The notes below the pieces were generated by a model that worked only from the letters and a program-made list of their open reading frames with translations, did not search any database and was not told the origin of the DNA. Below are positions 19,271 through 28,987 of a DNA stretch of 64,000 nucleotides, in pieces. Location: assembly GCA_963717235.1 (NCBI GenBank), contig CAVQVQ010000003.1:310260-374259 (forward strand). Reading direction: 5' to 3'. The translations under genes and the position numbers were made by a program. Each line of letters begins with the position of its first letter. The stretch's first letter is position 1. Origin of the DNA: an uncultured Solirubrobacterales bacterium (GTDB taxonomy: Bacteria; Actinomycetota; Thermoleophilia; Solirubrobacterales; 70-9).

Positions 19271-22238
19271 ATGGGGATGAGTTTCAGGATCGCGCGCAGC
19301 ACGCTCAGGGCAAGGTTTCTACTCCTACCCCTGGCAGCGCTCCTTGTGCTGGCGGTCTGCGGATCTGCAGCCGCGGCGACGATCACGGTCAATACGAACG
19401 CCGATACATCGGCCGACGACGGCGAATGCACCCTGCGCGAGGCGATCACCTCGGCGAATACCGATACGGCCAGCGGGGCAATGACCGACGAGTGTGCCGC
19501 CGGTTCGGGACCAGACGCGATTGAGTTCAATATTGCTGCCCTTGGGCCCGCGAACCACATCATCACGCCGGCGACCGACCTGCCGTTTCTGACCACGACG
19601 ATGAGCATCGACGGCAGCACCGATCCCCAGGAGATCGGTCTGGACGGAGCGCTGACCGGTGTCTACGGCCTCGCCGTGGAGCCAGGCGCAGACAACACAG
19701 TCATCAACGACCTCACGATTGTCCGCTGGGCTCGAGGAATCCAGATCAGTGCCACCGACGGTGTGACGGTCAGCAACTCCCGGATTGGTACTAACGCTGC
19801 GGGTGCCGCGGGCCTCGGAAACACCACCTTCGGTGTCCAGGTTTCCACTGGTGCGACCGATACGTCCATTTCCGACAACGTCATATCTTCAAACGGTCAG
19901 GACGGATTGCGCCTGTCACGGGCTACTACGACCGGAACCGTTCTGACCGGCAACCGGATCGGAACCAACCAGGCCGGCACGGCGGCGCTGCCGAACGGCA
20001 CGGGCGTATCGATTGAAGAGACCAGCGGGACCAGGGTCGGTGGGCCTGACCCCAGCGACGGGAACTTGATCTCCGGCAACTCGGGACGGGGAATCGTCGT
20101 TGCGTCGAGTACGACGGGAAATCCCGCGAGCGATGTCGAAATACAGGGAAACCTGATCGGCACCGATGCCGCCGGGCTCGCCGATCTGGGCAACGGCTCC
20201 GACGCGATCGACCTGGTCGGCGATGTGAGGAACACCGTCATCGAAGACAACGTCATTTCGGGCAACGGGGGTGCCTTTCCGGGCGCCGGCGTGGGCATCA
20301 GCGTCCGCGACTGGAGCTTCGACACGGTCGGACCGGCCGATACGGCTATCCGCGGCAACAAGATCGGAGTCGGTGTCGACGGCAGCCTGATTCCGAACGA
20401 TTCGCGGGGCGTCAGGCTCGTCGGCCAGTTCGACCTTCCCATTCTCGGAACCGAGATCGGCGGCACCGTGGGGCTGACTCCGGGGGGCCCCTGCACGGGC
20501 GACTGCAACGTGATCGCCGGCAACGACAGTTCCGGCATCTATGTGGAGGGTGATCAGACGAAAGCCTCGATTCTAGGCAACGAGATGCGCGACAACGACA
20601 GCGTCGGGATCGACCTGATGCCGTCGGGCGGCTTCACGACCAACGACCTCGGCGACGCCGACATCGGAGGCAACGAGGTCCAGAACTTCCCGGTCTTCGA
20701 GGCGGCGCTGGCCGATGTGGCCGGGGACAGGACCCTGGTCACCGGCGTCCTGAACTCGACCGCGGGAGCGAGCTACAGGATCGAGGTATTCGAGAACTCG
20801 GCTGCTGACCCGACCGACTACGGCGAGGGAGAAACCCTGCTCGGAGGCTTCGATGTGACCACCGACGGAAGCGGCGACGCATCTTTCGGTGAGTTCCTGC
20901 CGGTGGCTTCGGCTGCCGCGGCACCGCTTTCGGCCACCGCGACGCGCACAGGCGTCACCGACCCGTACACGTCCGAATTCTCGCTGGTCAAGGACGAGGG
21001 TTGCGATCAGAGTGATGTCGGTGACACAGGAACGCTTGCCGCGTCCGGCGCTGGCGAGGCGCTTTGCGGGCTCGGTGGCGATGACGTGCTCACCGGGTCC
21101 ACCGGCGGGGACATCTTCGACGGCGGCGAGGGCTCCGATACCGCCGACCTCAGCCTCTCGACAGATCTGGTCACCGCTGACCTGACCACCGGCAAGGTCA
21201 GCTCGGGAAGCGAAACGGACCTGATGGTCTCGATCGAGAACCTGACCGGCAGTCCCCAGGCCGACCAGCTGACCGGCGATTCGGCCGCGAACACGATCGA
21301 CGGCGGCGCCGAGGCCGACACGATCGACCCCGGCGCAGGTTCGGACACGGTGATCGCCGGCGGCGGCAACGACGTGATCGACATCGCCGACGGTGTGGCC
21401 GATACCGCGGTCGACTGCGGCCCGGGAACCGACACGGTCACCGCCGATTCGATCGACATCGACGCCGATACGATCTACACCGGTTGCGAGACGATCAACC
21501 GGCCCGATCCCCCGGATCCGGTTGATCCGGTCGATCCCGGACCCCGTCGATCCTCCGGATCCGGTCATCTACAAGTGCGACGGCAAGGTGGCGACGATCG
21601 TCGGTACCAACCAGTCCGAGACCATCGTCGGAACCCCCGACCGCGACATCATCGTCGCCCGTGCCGGCGCCGATACCGTCAAGGGCAAGGGCGGCAACGA
21701 CATCATCTGCGCCGGCGACGGCAGCGATGTGGTCAAGGGCGGAGACGGCAACGACCTCGTCTACGGCCAGAACGGGTCCGACGAGCTGGTCGGAGAGGCA
21801 GGCAAGGACGAGATGTTCGGCGGCGACGGCAAGGACGACCTCTTCGGCGGCGACAGCGCCGACGTCCTGAACGGCGGAGACAGCGCCGACCTGCTCGACG
21901 GGCGGGACGGCACCGACACGCTGAAGGGCAAGAACGGAAACGACACCCTCAAGGGCGGCGACCGCAACGACACCCTGCGAGGTGGCGACGGCAAGGACAC
22001 CCTGAAGGGTCAGGACGGCAACGACACGCTCAAGGGCGAGGGCGGCACCGACAAGATGTACGGCGGTGACAGCAAGGACACGCTCTTCGGTGGTGGCGGA
22101 GGCAAGGACAAACTCTTCGGCCAGGGCGGCTTCGACAAGCTCGACGGTGGTGGCGGAGGCGGCGACGTCTGCAACGGCGGCTCCGGCAAGGATCGCAAGT
22201 CCGCACCTCGCTGCGAGAAGAAGAGCAAGATCCCCTGA
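19271..22238 (+). pseudogene. Large secreted protein: CSLREA-type N-domain, right-handed beta-helix repeats and RTX (GGxGxD) C-terminal module; reading frame broken at about 21536
   Basis: Signal peptide MGMSFRIARSTLRARFLLLPLAALLVLAVCGSAAAA, with alternative starts at 19235 and 19277. DGECTLREAITSAN and NxIxxN repeats are present. Frame 19235..22069 turns Arg-rich after PDPVDPVDPG. The true continuation PDPVDPPDPVIYKCDGK...RTX...KKSKIP is ORF 21393..22238. One extra C in gatCCCgga (21536-21538) explains the shift. Confidence 0.6.
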
Positions 22239-22352
22239 CCGGCCGGCCTGTGCGGCCTCCGCTCAGGGGCCGAAGCGGTTGGCGCAGCGCTGGATGCGTG
22301 AGATGTCCTGGCCCGCGCCCTGGATGCAGTTGATCAGCCGCTTCTGACGCTT
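22017..22352. repeat. 336-bp segment 100% identical to 25298-25633 (3' end of RTX gene, spacer, and 3' end of the convergent small gene)
   Basis: Base-by-base comparison at offset 3281. First mismatches are at 22016/25297 and 22353/25634. Weaker similarity continues to 22486/25767 with a 9-bp in-frame deletion. Confidence 0.9.
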
Positions 22353-22486
22353 CCCGTCAAGCCTCGTGACCTTCTGCTTGATCTGAATCCGGCTGAACGT
22401 CCCGCTCTGCCCTTCGAAAGCCTCGTTGATGTCGTTGAAAGTCTTCTCGAGATTTACCCCGATCCCGCCACTGACCGTCTCGGTCG
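22263..22486 (-). pseudogene. 5'-truncated copy of the small membrane-anchored gene found intact at 25544-25879
   Basis: In-frame translation is TETVSGGIGVNLEKTFNDINEAFEGQSGTFSRIQIKQKVTRLDGKRQKRLINCIQGAGQDISRIQRCANRFGP*. There is no start codon or TM segment, and a TGA lies just upstream. Homology ends abruptly at 22486. Confidence 0.7.
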
Positions 22487-22489
22487 AAG

Positions 22490-22786
22490 GACGTCGTCAA
22501 AGGCAAGGCCGGCAACGATCTGGTCTTTGGCCAAAGCGGAGCCGACAAGCTCTACGGCCAGGACAACAAGGACACCCTGAACGGTGGTGATGGCACCGAC
22601 AAGCTCTTTGGTGGGGATGGAGCCGACATGCTCAAGGGAGCGGGTGGCAACAAGGACCTGCTCTATGGACAGGGCGGTTTCGACAAGCTCGACGGCGGCA
22701 GCAAGAACGGCGACGTCTGCAACGGTGGTTCCGGTGAGGACCGCAAGAAGGCACCAGGCTGCGAGAAGAAAAAACGCATTCCCTGA
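22490..22786 (+). pseudogene. Orphan 3' fragment of a third RTX-type gene (98 codons, no start)
   Basis: Translation is DVVKGKAGNDLVFGQSGADKLYGQDNKDTLNGGDGTDKLFGGDGADMLKGAGGNKDLLYGQGGFDKLDGGSKNGDVCNGGSGEDRKKAPGCEKKKRIP*. It abuts the truncated minus-strand remnant at 22486/22490. Confidence 0.7.
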
Positions 22787-22936
22787 AGAATCCCAGCAGG
22801 GCGAAACTAGCGGTGGTAAAGGCGGATTCGATCGAAACCTTGGCCGATCAACGGGTCTACCTACAGGTAAGAGGGCAGGGTGGAGTGACTAGACTGACGT
22901 TGGAAGCGGCAGGCAACCACCAACGGGGACAGGCGT

Positions 22937-25519
22937 ATGAAGATCGGGCGTAAGACGGTTGAGGCATCCATTCTCGCGGCGACGGTCTTCCTGCTGGGTG
23001 CTTCTTCAGGGGCTGCGGCAGGTAGCGAAGGTGCCCTCACCCAGAAGTCCGGCGCTGATGCCTGCATCGTCGAGGACAACAATATTGCGGGGGTGACTAG
23101 TTGCGCCGACGGCGTCGCTCTCAACGACAACAGAGGGGTCACCGTCTCCCCGAACGGCAAGAGCGCTTATGTCGCCTCGTACGGCAGCAGCGGCGTCGCC
23201 GTCTTTGACCGGAACACCACGACCGGAGTCCTGACACAAAAAAGCGGCACCGACGCCTGTATCTCCGAGGACGGATCAAGCGGCGACTGCACCGACGGGG
23301 CCGGCCTCAACCTCGCCAGCTCGGTCGCAGTCTCCCCTGACGGCAAGAGCGCCTATGTCGCTTCGCTTGGCGGCGTCGCCGTCTTTGACCGGAACACCAC
23401 GACCGGAGTCCTGACGCAAAAAAGCGGCACCGACGCCTGTATCTCCGAGACCGGCGCAGGCGGCGAATGCACCGACGGCGTCGCTCTCAGCGGCCCCTCC
23501 GCGGTCACCATCTCCCCTGACGGCGAGAGCGCCTATGTTGCCTCGAACTTCAGCGACGCGGTCGCCGTCTTCGACCGGAACACCACGACCGGAGTCCTGA
23601 CGCAAAAAAGCGGCACCGACGCCTGTATCTCCGAGGACGGATCAAGCGGCGACTGCACCGACGGCGTCGCTCTCAGCGGCCCCTCCGCGGTCACCATCTC
23701 CCCTGACGGCGAGAGCGCCTATGTTGCCTCGAACTTCAGCGACGCGGTCGCCGTCTTCGACCGGAACACCACGACCGGAGTCCTGACGCAAAAAAGCGGC
23801 ACCGACGCCTGTATCTCCGAGGACGGATCAAGCGGCGACTGCACCGACGGTGCCGGCCTCGACGGGGCCCGCTCGGCCACAATCTCCCCTGACGGCAACA
23901 GTGTCTATGTCGCCTCGGCCAGCAGCGACGCGGTCGCCGTCTTTGACCGGAACGCCACGACCGGAGTCCTGACGCAGAAGAGCGGCACTGAAGCCTGCAT
24001 CTCCCTTGACGGCTCGAGTGGCGCCTGCGACGTCGGGGTCGGCCTCTTCGGCGCGCGCTCAGTCACCATCTCTCCCGACGGCAAGAGCGCCTACATCGCC
24101 TCGGCTCAAAGCAGAGCCGTCGCTGTCTTTGACCGAAACACCACGACCGGGGTCCTGTCGCAAAAAAGCGGCCTTGACGCCTGTATCACCAATGACAACG
24201 CATTTCAGGGGGTTACCACCTGCACTGACGGGGTCGGACTCGACGGGGCCACATCAGTCACCGTGTCGCCGGATGGCAAGAGCGCCTACGTCGCCTCGCA
24301 GACCAGCGACGCCGTCGCCGTCTTTGACCGCGTCCCAGACACAACCCCGCCCGACGAACCGACCTTCAGCTCAACCACTCCGGCATCCCCGGCGAATGAC
24401 AACACACCAGGGATCAGGGGCACCGCCGAGACTGGTTCCACGGTCAGGCTCTACCCGACCGCCGACTGTTCGGGCGGCTTTGTAGCGACCGGTACCTCAT
24501 CCGAGTTCTCCTCTCCGGGAATCGCGGTGACCGTCGCTGATGATTCGATCACGACCTTCTACGCCAGAGCCGCCGACGGAGCCGGCAACCCCTCGGCCTG
24601 CTCGACCGAGTCGATCACCTATACCGAAGACTCAACCAACCCCCAGACCACTATCGACACCAGCCCTTCAGATCCCACCAGCGACAACACTCCGACCTTC
24701 GAGTTCTCCTCCGATGAACCCGGCTCGACGTTCGAGTGCAGCCTCGTCCCAAGCGGTGCCCCCGACTCCTTTCGCCCTTGCTCGGGCCCCAGCGATACCG
24801 ACACCCCCGCTTTGGCCCTGGCAGACGGCGACTACACCTTCAAGGTCAGCGCGACCGACGCCGCCGGAAACGAGGACCTGACCCCGGCCACCTACGCCTT
24901 CACCGTCGCAACCCCGCCCGACCCGGTGATCTACAAATGCGACGGCAAGGTGGCGACCATCGTCGGCACCAACCAGTCCGAGACCTTGGTCGGGACTTCG
25001 GGACGCGACATCATTGCCGCCCGGGCCGGGGCCGACACGGTCAACGGCAAGGGCGGCAACGATGTCATCTGCGGCGGTGACGGCAAGGACACGCTCAAGG
25101 GCAAGGAAGGCAAGGACACCCTCAGGGGCGACAAAGGCAACGACACGCTCAGGGGCGGCGACAGCGCCGACACGCTCAAGGGCAACGACGGCAAGGACAC
25201 CCTGAAGGGCGAGAACGGCAACGACACCCTGCGCGGCGGCGACAGCGCCGACACGCTGAGGGGCGGAGACGGCAAGGACACCCTGAAGGGTGAGAAGGGC
25301 AACGACACGCTCAAGGGCGAGGGCGGCACCGACAAGATGTACGGCGGTGACAGCAAGGACACGCTCTTCGGTGGTGGCGGAGGCAAGGACAAACTCTTCG
25401 GCCAGGGCGGCTTCGACAAGCTCGACGGTGGTGGCGGAGGCGGCGACGTCTGCAACGGCGGCTCCGGCAAGGATCGCAAGTCCGCACCTCGCTGCGAGAA
25501 GAAGAGCAAGATCCCCTGA
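22937..25519 (+). CDS. Secreted 860-aa protein: signal peptide, seven YVTN-like beta-propeller blades with Cys loops, Ig-like domains and an RTX C-terminal module
   Basis: MKIGRKTVEASILAATVFLLGASSGAAAG signal. Seven repeats of about 62 aa (GVLTQKSGTDACISEDGSSGDCTDG...SPDGKSAYVAS..SDAVAVFDRNTTT). Ig-like region with NTPTFEFSS. GGxGxD nonapeptides and the tail GDVCNGGSGKDRKSAPRCEKKSKIP. Confidence 0.8.
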   Translation: MKIGRKTVEASILAATVFLLGASSGAAAGSEGALTQKSGADACIVEDNNIAGVTSCADGVALNDNRGVTVSPNGKSAYVASYGSSGVAVFDRNTTTGVLTQKSGTDACISEDGSSGDCTDGAGLNLASSVAVSPDGKSAYVASLGGVAVFDRNTTTGVLTQKSGTDACISETGAGGECTDGVALSGPSAVTISPDGESAYVASNFSDAVAVFDRNTTTGVLTQKSGTDACISEDGSSGDCTDGVALSGPSAVTISPDGESAYVASNFSDAVAVFDRNTTTGVLTQKSGTDACISEDGSSGDCTDGAGLDGARSATISPDGNSVYVASASSDAVAVFDRNATTGVLTQKSGTEACISLDGSSGACDVGVGLFGARSVTISPDGKSAYIASAQSRAVAVFDRNTTTGVLSQKSGLDACITNDNAFQGVTTCTDGVGLDGATSVTVSPDGKSAYVASQTSDAVAVFDRVPDTTPPDEPTFSSTTPASPANDNTPGIRGTAETGSTVRLYPTADCSGGFVATGTSSEFSSPGIAVTVADDSITTFYARAADGAGNPSACSTESITYTEDSTNPQTTIDTSPSDPTSDNTPTFEFSSDEPGSTFECSLVPSGAPDSFRPCSGPSDTDTPALALADGDYTFKVSATDAAGNEDLTPATYAFTVATPPDPVIYKCDGKVATIVGTNQSETLVGTSGRDIIAARAGADTVNGKGGNDVICGGDGKDTLKGKEGKDTLRGDKGNDTLRGGDSADTLKGNDGKDTLKGENGNDTLRGGDSADTLRGGDGKDTLKGEKGNDTLKGEGGTDKMYGGDSKDTLFGGGGGKDKLFGQGGFDKLDGGGGGGDVCNGGSGKDRKSAPRCEKKSKIP
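23033..24330 (+). repeat. Coding tandem repeat array, unit 186 bp (62 aa), about seven copies; 23468-23664 is perfectly identical to 23654-23850
   Basis: Direct comparison at offset 186. Outer copies are progressively diverged. Confidence 0.85.
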
Positions 25520-25633
25520 CCGGCCGGCCTGTGCGGCCTCCGCTCAGGGGCCGAAGCGGTTGGCGCAGCGCTGGATGCGTGAGATGTCCTGGCCCGCGCC
25601 CTGGATGCAGTTGATCAGCCGCTTCTGACGCTT
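25298..25633. repeat. Second copy of the 336-bp perfect repeat (see 22017-22352)
   Basis: Identical sequence at offset 3281. Confidence 0.9.
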
Positions 25634-25879
25634 GCCGTCGAGTCTTGTGACCTTCTGCTTGATCTGAATCCGGCTGAACGTCCCGCTCTGCCCGTTCGAC
25701 CCTTCGAAAGCCTCGTTGATGTCGTTGAAGGTCTTCTCGAGGTTGCCGCTGATCCCGCCGCTGACCGTCTCGGTCGTATCGAGGATCGGCTTGAGGATGA
25801 AGAAGTAGACCAGGGCCAGCGTTGCTGCGAGCACGGCGATGCGGACGACAGCGTTGACCAGAGTTCCCCCTATCTGCAT
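25544..25879 (-). CDS. Small N-terminally membrane-anchored hypothetical protein (111 aa), convergent with the RTX gene
   Basis: ATG at 25879 gives MQIGGTLVNAVVRIAVLAATLALVYFFILKPIL... followed by a soluble domain with two Cys. The ORF-track start at 25987 would overlap the divergent acyl-CoA dehydrogenase gene. Confidence 0.55.
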   Translation of the reverse strand: MQIGGTLVNAVVRIAVLAATLALVYFFILKPILDTTETVSGGISGNLEKTFNDINEAFEGSNGQSGTFSRIQIKQKVTRLDGKRQKRLINCIQGAGQDISRIQRCANRFGP

Positions 25880-25925
25880 GTGAGCCAGCCTATCCCCAAC
25901 CTCAGGCAGGCATAATGTCCTGAGG

Positions 25926-27083
25926 ATGAAGCCCAAGGACTTTCTCGAAATAGACAGCCTGCTCAGCGACGAAGAGAGGCTGATCAAGGAATCGGTCGCG
26001 CGCTACGTCAACGAGAAGTACCTGCCGGGCGTCAACGAGCACTTCGAGAACGGCACCTTCGACCGTTCGGTGCCGAAGGCTCTCGGCGATCTGAACGTTC
26101 TCGGCATGCACCTGACCGGCTACGGATGCGCCGGCTCCAGCGCCGTCGCTTACGGCATCGCCTGCATGGAGCTCGAGGCCGGTGACAGCGCCCTTCGCTC
26201 GTTCTGCTCGGTCCAGGGCTCGCTTGCCATGTTCGCGATCTGGAAGTGGGGAAGCGAGGAGCAGAAGCAGGCCTGGCTTCCCGGCCTGGCCGCCGGCGAG
26301 AAGATCGGCTGCTTCGGCCTGACCGAGCCCGACTCCGGGTCGGATCCTGGAAGCATGAAGACCAGGGCCGTGCGCGACGGCGACGACTGGGTCATCAACG
26401 GTTCGAAGATGTGGATCACCTCCGGCTCGATCGCCGACGTCGCGGTCGTCTGGGCTACTACCGAAGACGGCGTCCAGGGCTTTCTGGTCGAAGCCGGTAC
26501 CGAAGGCTTCACCGCCCCCGAGATGCACGGCAAGCTCTCGCTCCGGGCATCGGTCACCTCCGAGCTGGTCTTCGACGACGTGCGTGTGCCGGATTCGAAC
26601 CGCCTGCCCGAGGTCCAGTCACTGCGCGGCCCGCTGAGCTGCCTGAACGAGGCCCGCTACGGGATCGTCTGGGGCGTCGCCGGTGCCGCGCGCTCATGCT
26701 TCGAGGCGGCGCTCGACTACTCACTCACCCGCGAGCAGTTCGGCGAGCCGATCGCCTCCTTCCAGCTGACCCAGGCCAAGCTGGCCGACATGGCCGCGGC
26801 GGTCCAGCAGTCCTACATGCTGGCCCTCCACCTCGGCCGGCTGAAGGACCAGGGCAAGCTCACGGTCGAGCAGGTCAGCTTCGGCAAGCGCCAGAACGTT
26901 CGCGCCGCACTCGAAGTCGCCCGCACCGCCCGAACGGTGCTCGGGGCCAACGGCGTCACGCTCGAGTACCCGGTGCTGCGCCACGCCAACAACCTCGAGT
27001 CGGTTCTGACCTACGAAGGCACCGACGAGATCCACACGCTTTCGGTCGGCATGGCGCTGACCGGCATCGCCGCCTTCCGCTGA
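25926..27083 (+). CDS. gcdH: Acyl-CoA dehydrogenase, glutaryl-CoA dehydrogenase-like
   Basis: 385 aa with CFGLTEPDSGSDPGSM, WITSGSIADVAVVWA, LSCLNEARYGIVWG and QFGEPIASFQ. Confidence 0.8.
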   Translation: MKPKDFLEIDSLLSDEERLIKESVARYVNEKYLPGVNEHFENGTFDRSVPKALGDLNVLGMHLTGYGCAGSSAVAYGIACMELEAGDSALRSFCSVQGSLAMFAIWKWGSEEQKQAWLPGLAAGEKIGCFGLTEPDSGSDPGSMKTRAVRDGDDWVINGSKMWITSGSIADVAVVWATTEDGVQGFLVEAGTEGFTAPEMHGKLSLRASVTSELVFDDVRVPDSNRLPEVQSLRGPLSCLNEARYGIVWGVAGAARSCFEAALDYSLTREQFGEPIASFQLTQAKLADMAAAVQQSYMLALHLGRLKDQGKLTVEQVSFGKRQNVRAALEVARTARTVLGANGVTLEYPVLRHANNLESVLTYEGTDEIHTLSVGMALTGIAAFR

Positions 27084-27146
27084 CCGGTCCGGGCGCTCCC
27101 GGTCTACGGGCCCGGCCGGTCGGGCAGGCCGCTCAGTCGCTGCCGC

Positions 27147-28250
27147 TCAGCGGACTCCGACGCCCCCGCCGTTGCCGGTCCGCTTGCCCTTTCGCGGGAA
27201 CCGCGGCGCGTAGCGGGGGAAGACCTCCCGGGAGAGCTGCTTCTTCAGGGCCCGGCGCGACCTCGGGAAGTTCTGGATCCGGAAGACGTTCGAGCTGCCG
27301 AAGTCCTGGTAGTAGACCATCATCCGCATCAGCTTCCGGGATCTGGTGAAGCGGAAGATGCGGTTGACATAGGCGGGCTTGTCTTCGCCCCACAGGCCCA
27401 TCTCGGTCAGGGCCATGGGCAGCTTCTTCTGCTTGGCCCATTTGACATAGAAACGCTTCAGGTGCTTCCAGTTGTTGTAGCGGGCATAGAAGTCGGTTGC
27501 GACCCAGTCGACCCAGGCCCGCCCCGGCCAGTACTTGGCCGGATAGTTGACCTTCACTGTGGGCGATCCGGCGGGCAGCGGGCTCCAGATCATCGAGACC
27601 GGTGCGGCTTTCAGCCTGAGCGGCAGCTTGGCATCACCGGTGCGTTTGACCTTCGGCAGGCCGACCCGCTTCAGCCGCGAGTTGATCCAGCCGCGCTTGG
27701 CCCCGCCGCGCACGATGATCGCGATCCTCCTGAAGGCGGCCTTGTACCACTTGAAGGAGTAGGCGCCACCACGCACGTTGCCGGAGCAGTCCACTCCGGC
27801 GTAAGGATTCAGGCAGCGGTTCGGCTCACCCATCGGCCGGATGTAGGTGGGTACGTCCTGCTTGCTGAGCACGGTGTTGAGCCTGACCAGGTAGTCATCG
27901 CCGTTGCCGAAGGCGATTCCCCGCGGGGTGATCAGCTCGGTTCCGTCGTCGGCCTTGGTCGAGATGTGGAGCATCGGCCTGGCGTTGATCGAGCGCCAGC
28001 GCGGCATCGCCTTCGAAAGCGTGTTTCCCCAGGGGTGGAAGGTCTGGATCACGGCCGGGCGTTTGCCGACCGCCTGGGCGAAGGAGCGGTAACCCTCGGC
28101 GCTGCCGGTGTCGGTCACTCCGAAGAAGACCTTGTTGCCGGGTGGCAGCAGCGTGTCGGCCTCGGCCCGGGCGGTGAGGCCGAGGAAGGCGACGAGCGCG
28201 ATCCAGGCGAGCGCGCAGGGAGTGAAGTATCGGGATCTGCTGGAGGGCAT
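27147..28250 (-). CDS. Secreted glycoside-hydrolase-like protein (GH26-like)
   Basis: Signal peptide ...ALAWIALVAFLGLTARAEA. RPMGEPN, YWPGRAWVDWVATDFY and LTEMGLWG resemble GH26 catalytic-region motifs (from memory). Confidence 0.45.
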   Translation of the reverse strand: MPSSRSRYFTPCALAWIALVAFLGLTARAEADTLLPPGNKVFFGVTDTGSAEGYRSFAQAVGKRPAVIQTFHPWGNTLSKAMPRWRSINARPMLHISTKADDGTELITPRGIAFGNGDDYLVRLNTVLSKQDVPTYIRPMGEPNRCLNPYAGVDCSGNVRGGAYSFKWYKAAFRRIAIIVRGGAKRGWINSRLKRVGLPKVKRTGDAKLPLRLKAAPVSMIWSPLPAGSPTVKVNYPAKYWPGRAWVDWVATDFYARYNNWKHLKRFYVKWAKQKKLPMALTEMGLWGEDKPAYVNRIFRFTRSRKLMRMMVYYQDFGSSNVFRIQNFPRSRRALKKQLSREVFPRYAPRFPRKGKRTGNGGGVGVR

Positions 28251-28492
28251 AAAAGAGACAACCGGGCCAAGGGGCTCCGGTTGCGCTCCGACAAGGATAG
28301 GCAGCCGCCACTTTCGCCCCGCTGGGTCACGCCCTTCTGCAAGCTGAGTCGCAGGAAAAGGGATGTGCGGCCCGGGATCATGCGGTTCGGGTGAAGGGCA
28401 GCCGGTGGCGGTCTATATCCTGAGGTCTTGTCGTCACACGACTCAACAGACATCAGACATCAAAATCTGACAAGACCGAGCGGAGGATTCAA

Positions 28493-28933
28493 TTGAGCGA
28501 ACAGTCGATCGACGAGATGGGGCCAGTCGATTACATCCTGGTCGAGTGGCCGGGCAGGCAGCCGAACGGTGAGGCTCTGCCCCACCTGGTCGAACTCGTC
28601 GAGAACGGCATCGTGCGCATCCTCGACATCGCTTTCATCACCAAGAGCGATGACGGCGAGGTCGCCGGCATGGAGATCACCGATCTCGGCGGCGACGTCG
28701 AAGAGGTCAAGATCTTCGAAGGCGCGTCCTCGGGGCTGATCTCCGATGACGATACGGTCGAAGCTGCCCAGGCCCTCGAGCCCGGCACTTCGGCGGCGCT
28801 GCTCGTTTACGAAAACCTCTGGGCGGCACCTTTCGCCACCGCTGTGCGCCGCTCTGGCGGCCAGCTGGTCGCCAGCGGCCGGATCCCGGTCCAGGCGATC
28901 ATCGAAGCCCTTGACGAGGTTGAGGCCGCATAG
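28493..28933 (+). CDS. DUF6325/DUF1269-like small acidic protein
   Basis: 146 aa with GPVDYILVEWPG and ALLVYENLWAAPFA. TTG start after GGAGGA. Typical partner of the SHOCT gene that follows. Confidence 0.5.
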   Translation: MSEQSIDEMGPVDYILVEWPGRQPNGEALPHLVELVENGIVRILDIAFITKSDDGEVAGMEITDLGGDVEEVKIFEGASSGLISDDDTVEAAQALEPGTSAALLVYENLWAAPFATAVRRSGGQLVASGRIPVQAIIEALDEVEAA

Positions 28934-28987
28934 CGGCGTCGTCCTTACCGCAGCACTTTCTTTCAAAGAATCCAAAAGGAGTAATTC

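Noticed and set aside
22017-22352. Perfect 336-bp duplicate as a possible insertion sequence or MITE
   Set aside because: There are no terminal inverted repeats, target-site duplications or transposase. The content is simply the 3' ends of two paralogous convergent gene pairs.
23033-24330. Regular 186-bp direct repeats that could superficially suggest a CRISPR-like or satellite array
   Set aside because: The repeats are contiguous with no spacers, lie in one long ORF with a clear protein repeat, and are far longer than CRISPR repeats.
28466-28473. A further TCTGACAA (TTGTCAGA on the minus strand) near the DUF6325-like gene
   Set aside because: No CGAC lies 16 nt downstream on either reading. 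It sits between the RBS region of a plus-strand gene and a distant minus-strand gene, so I did not count it as a copy of the island motif.
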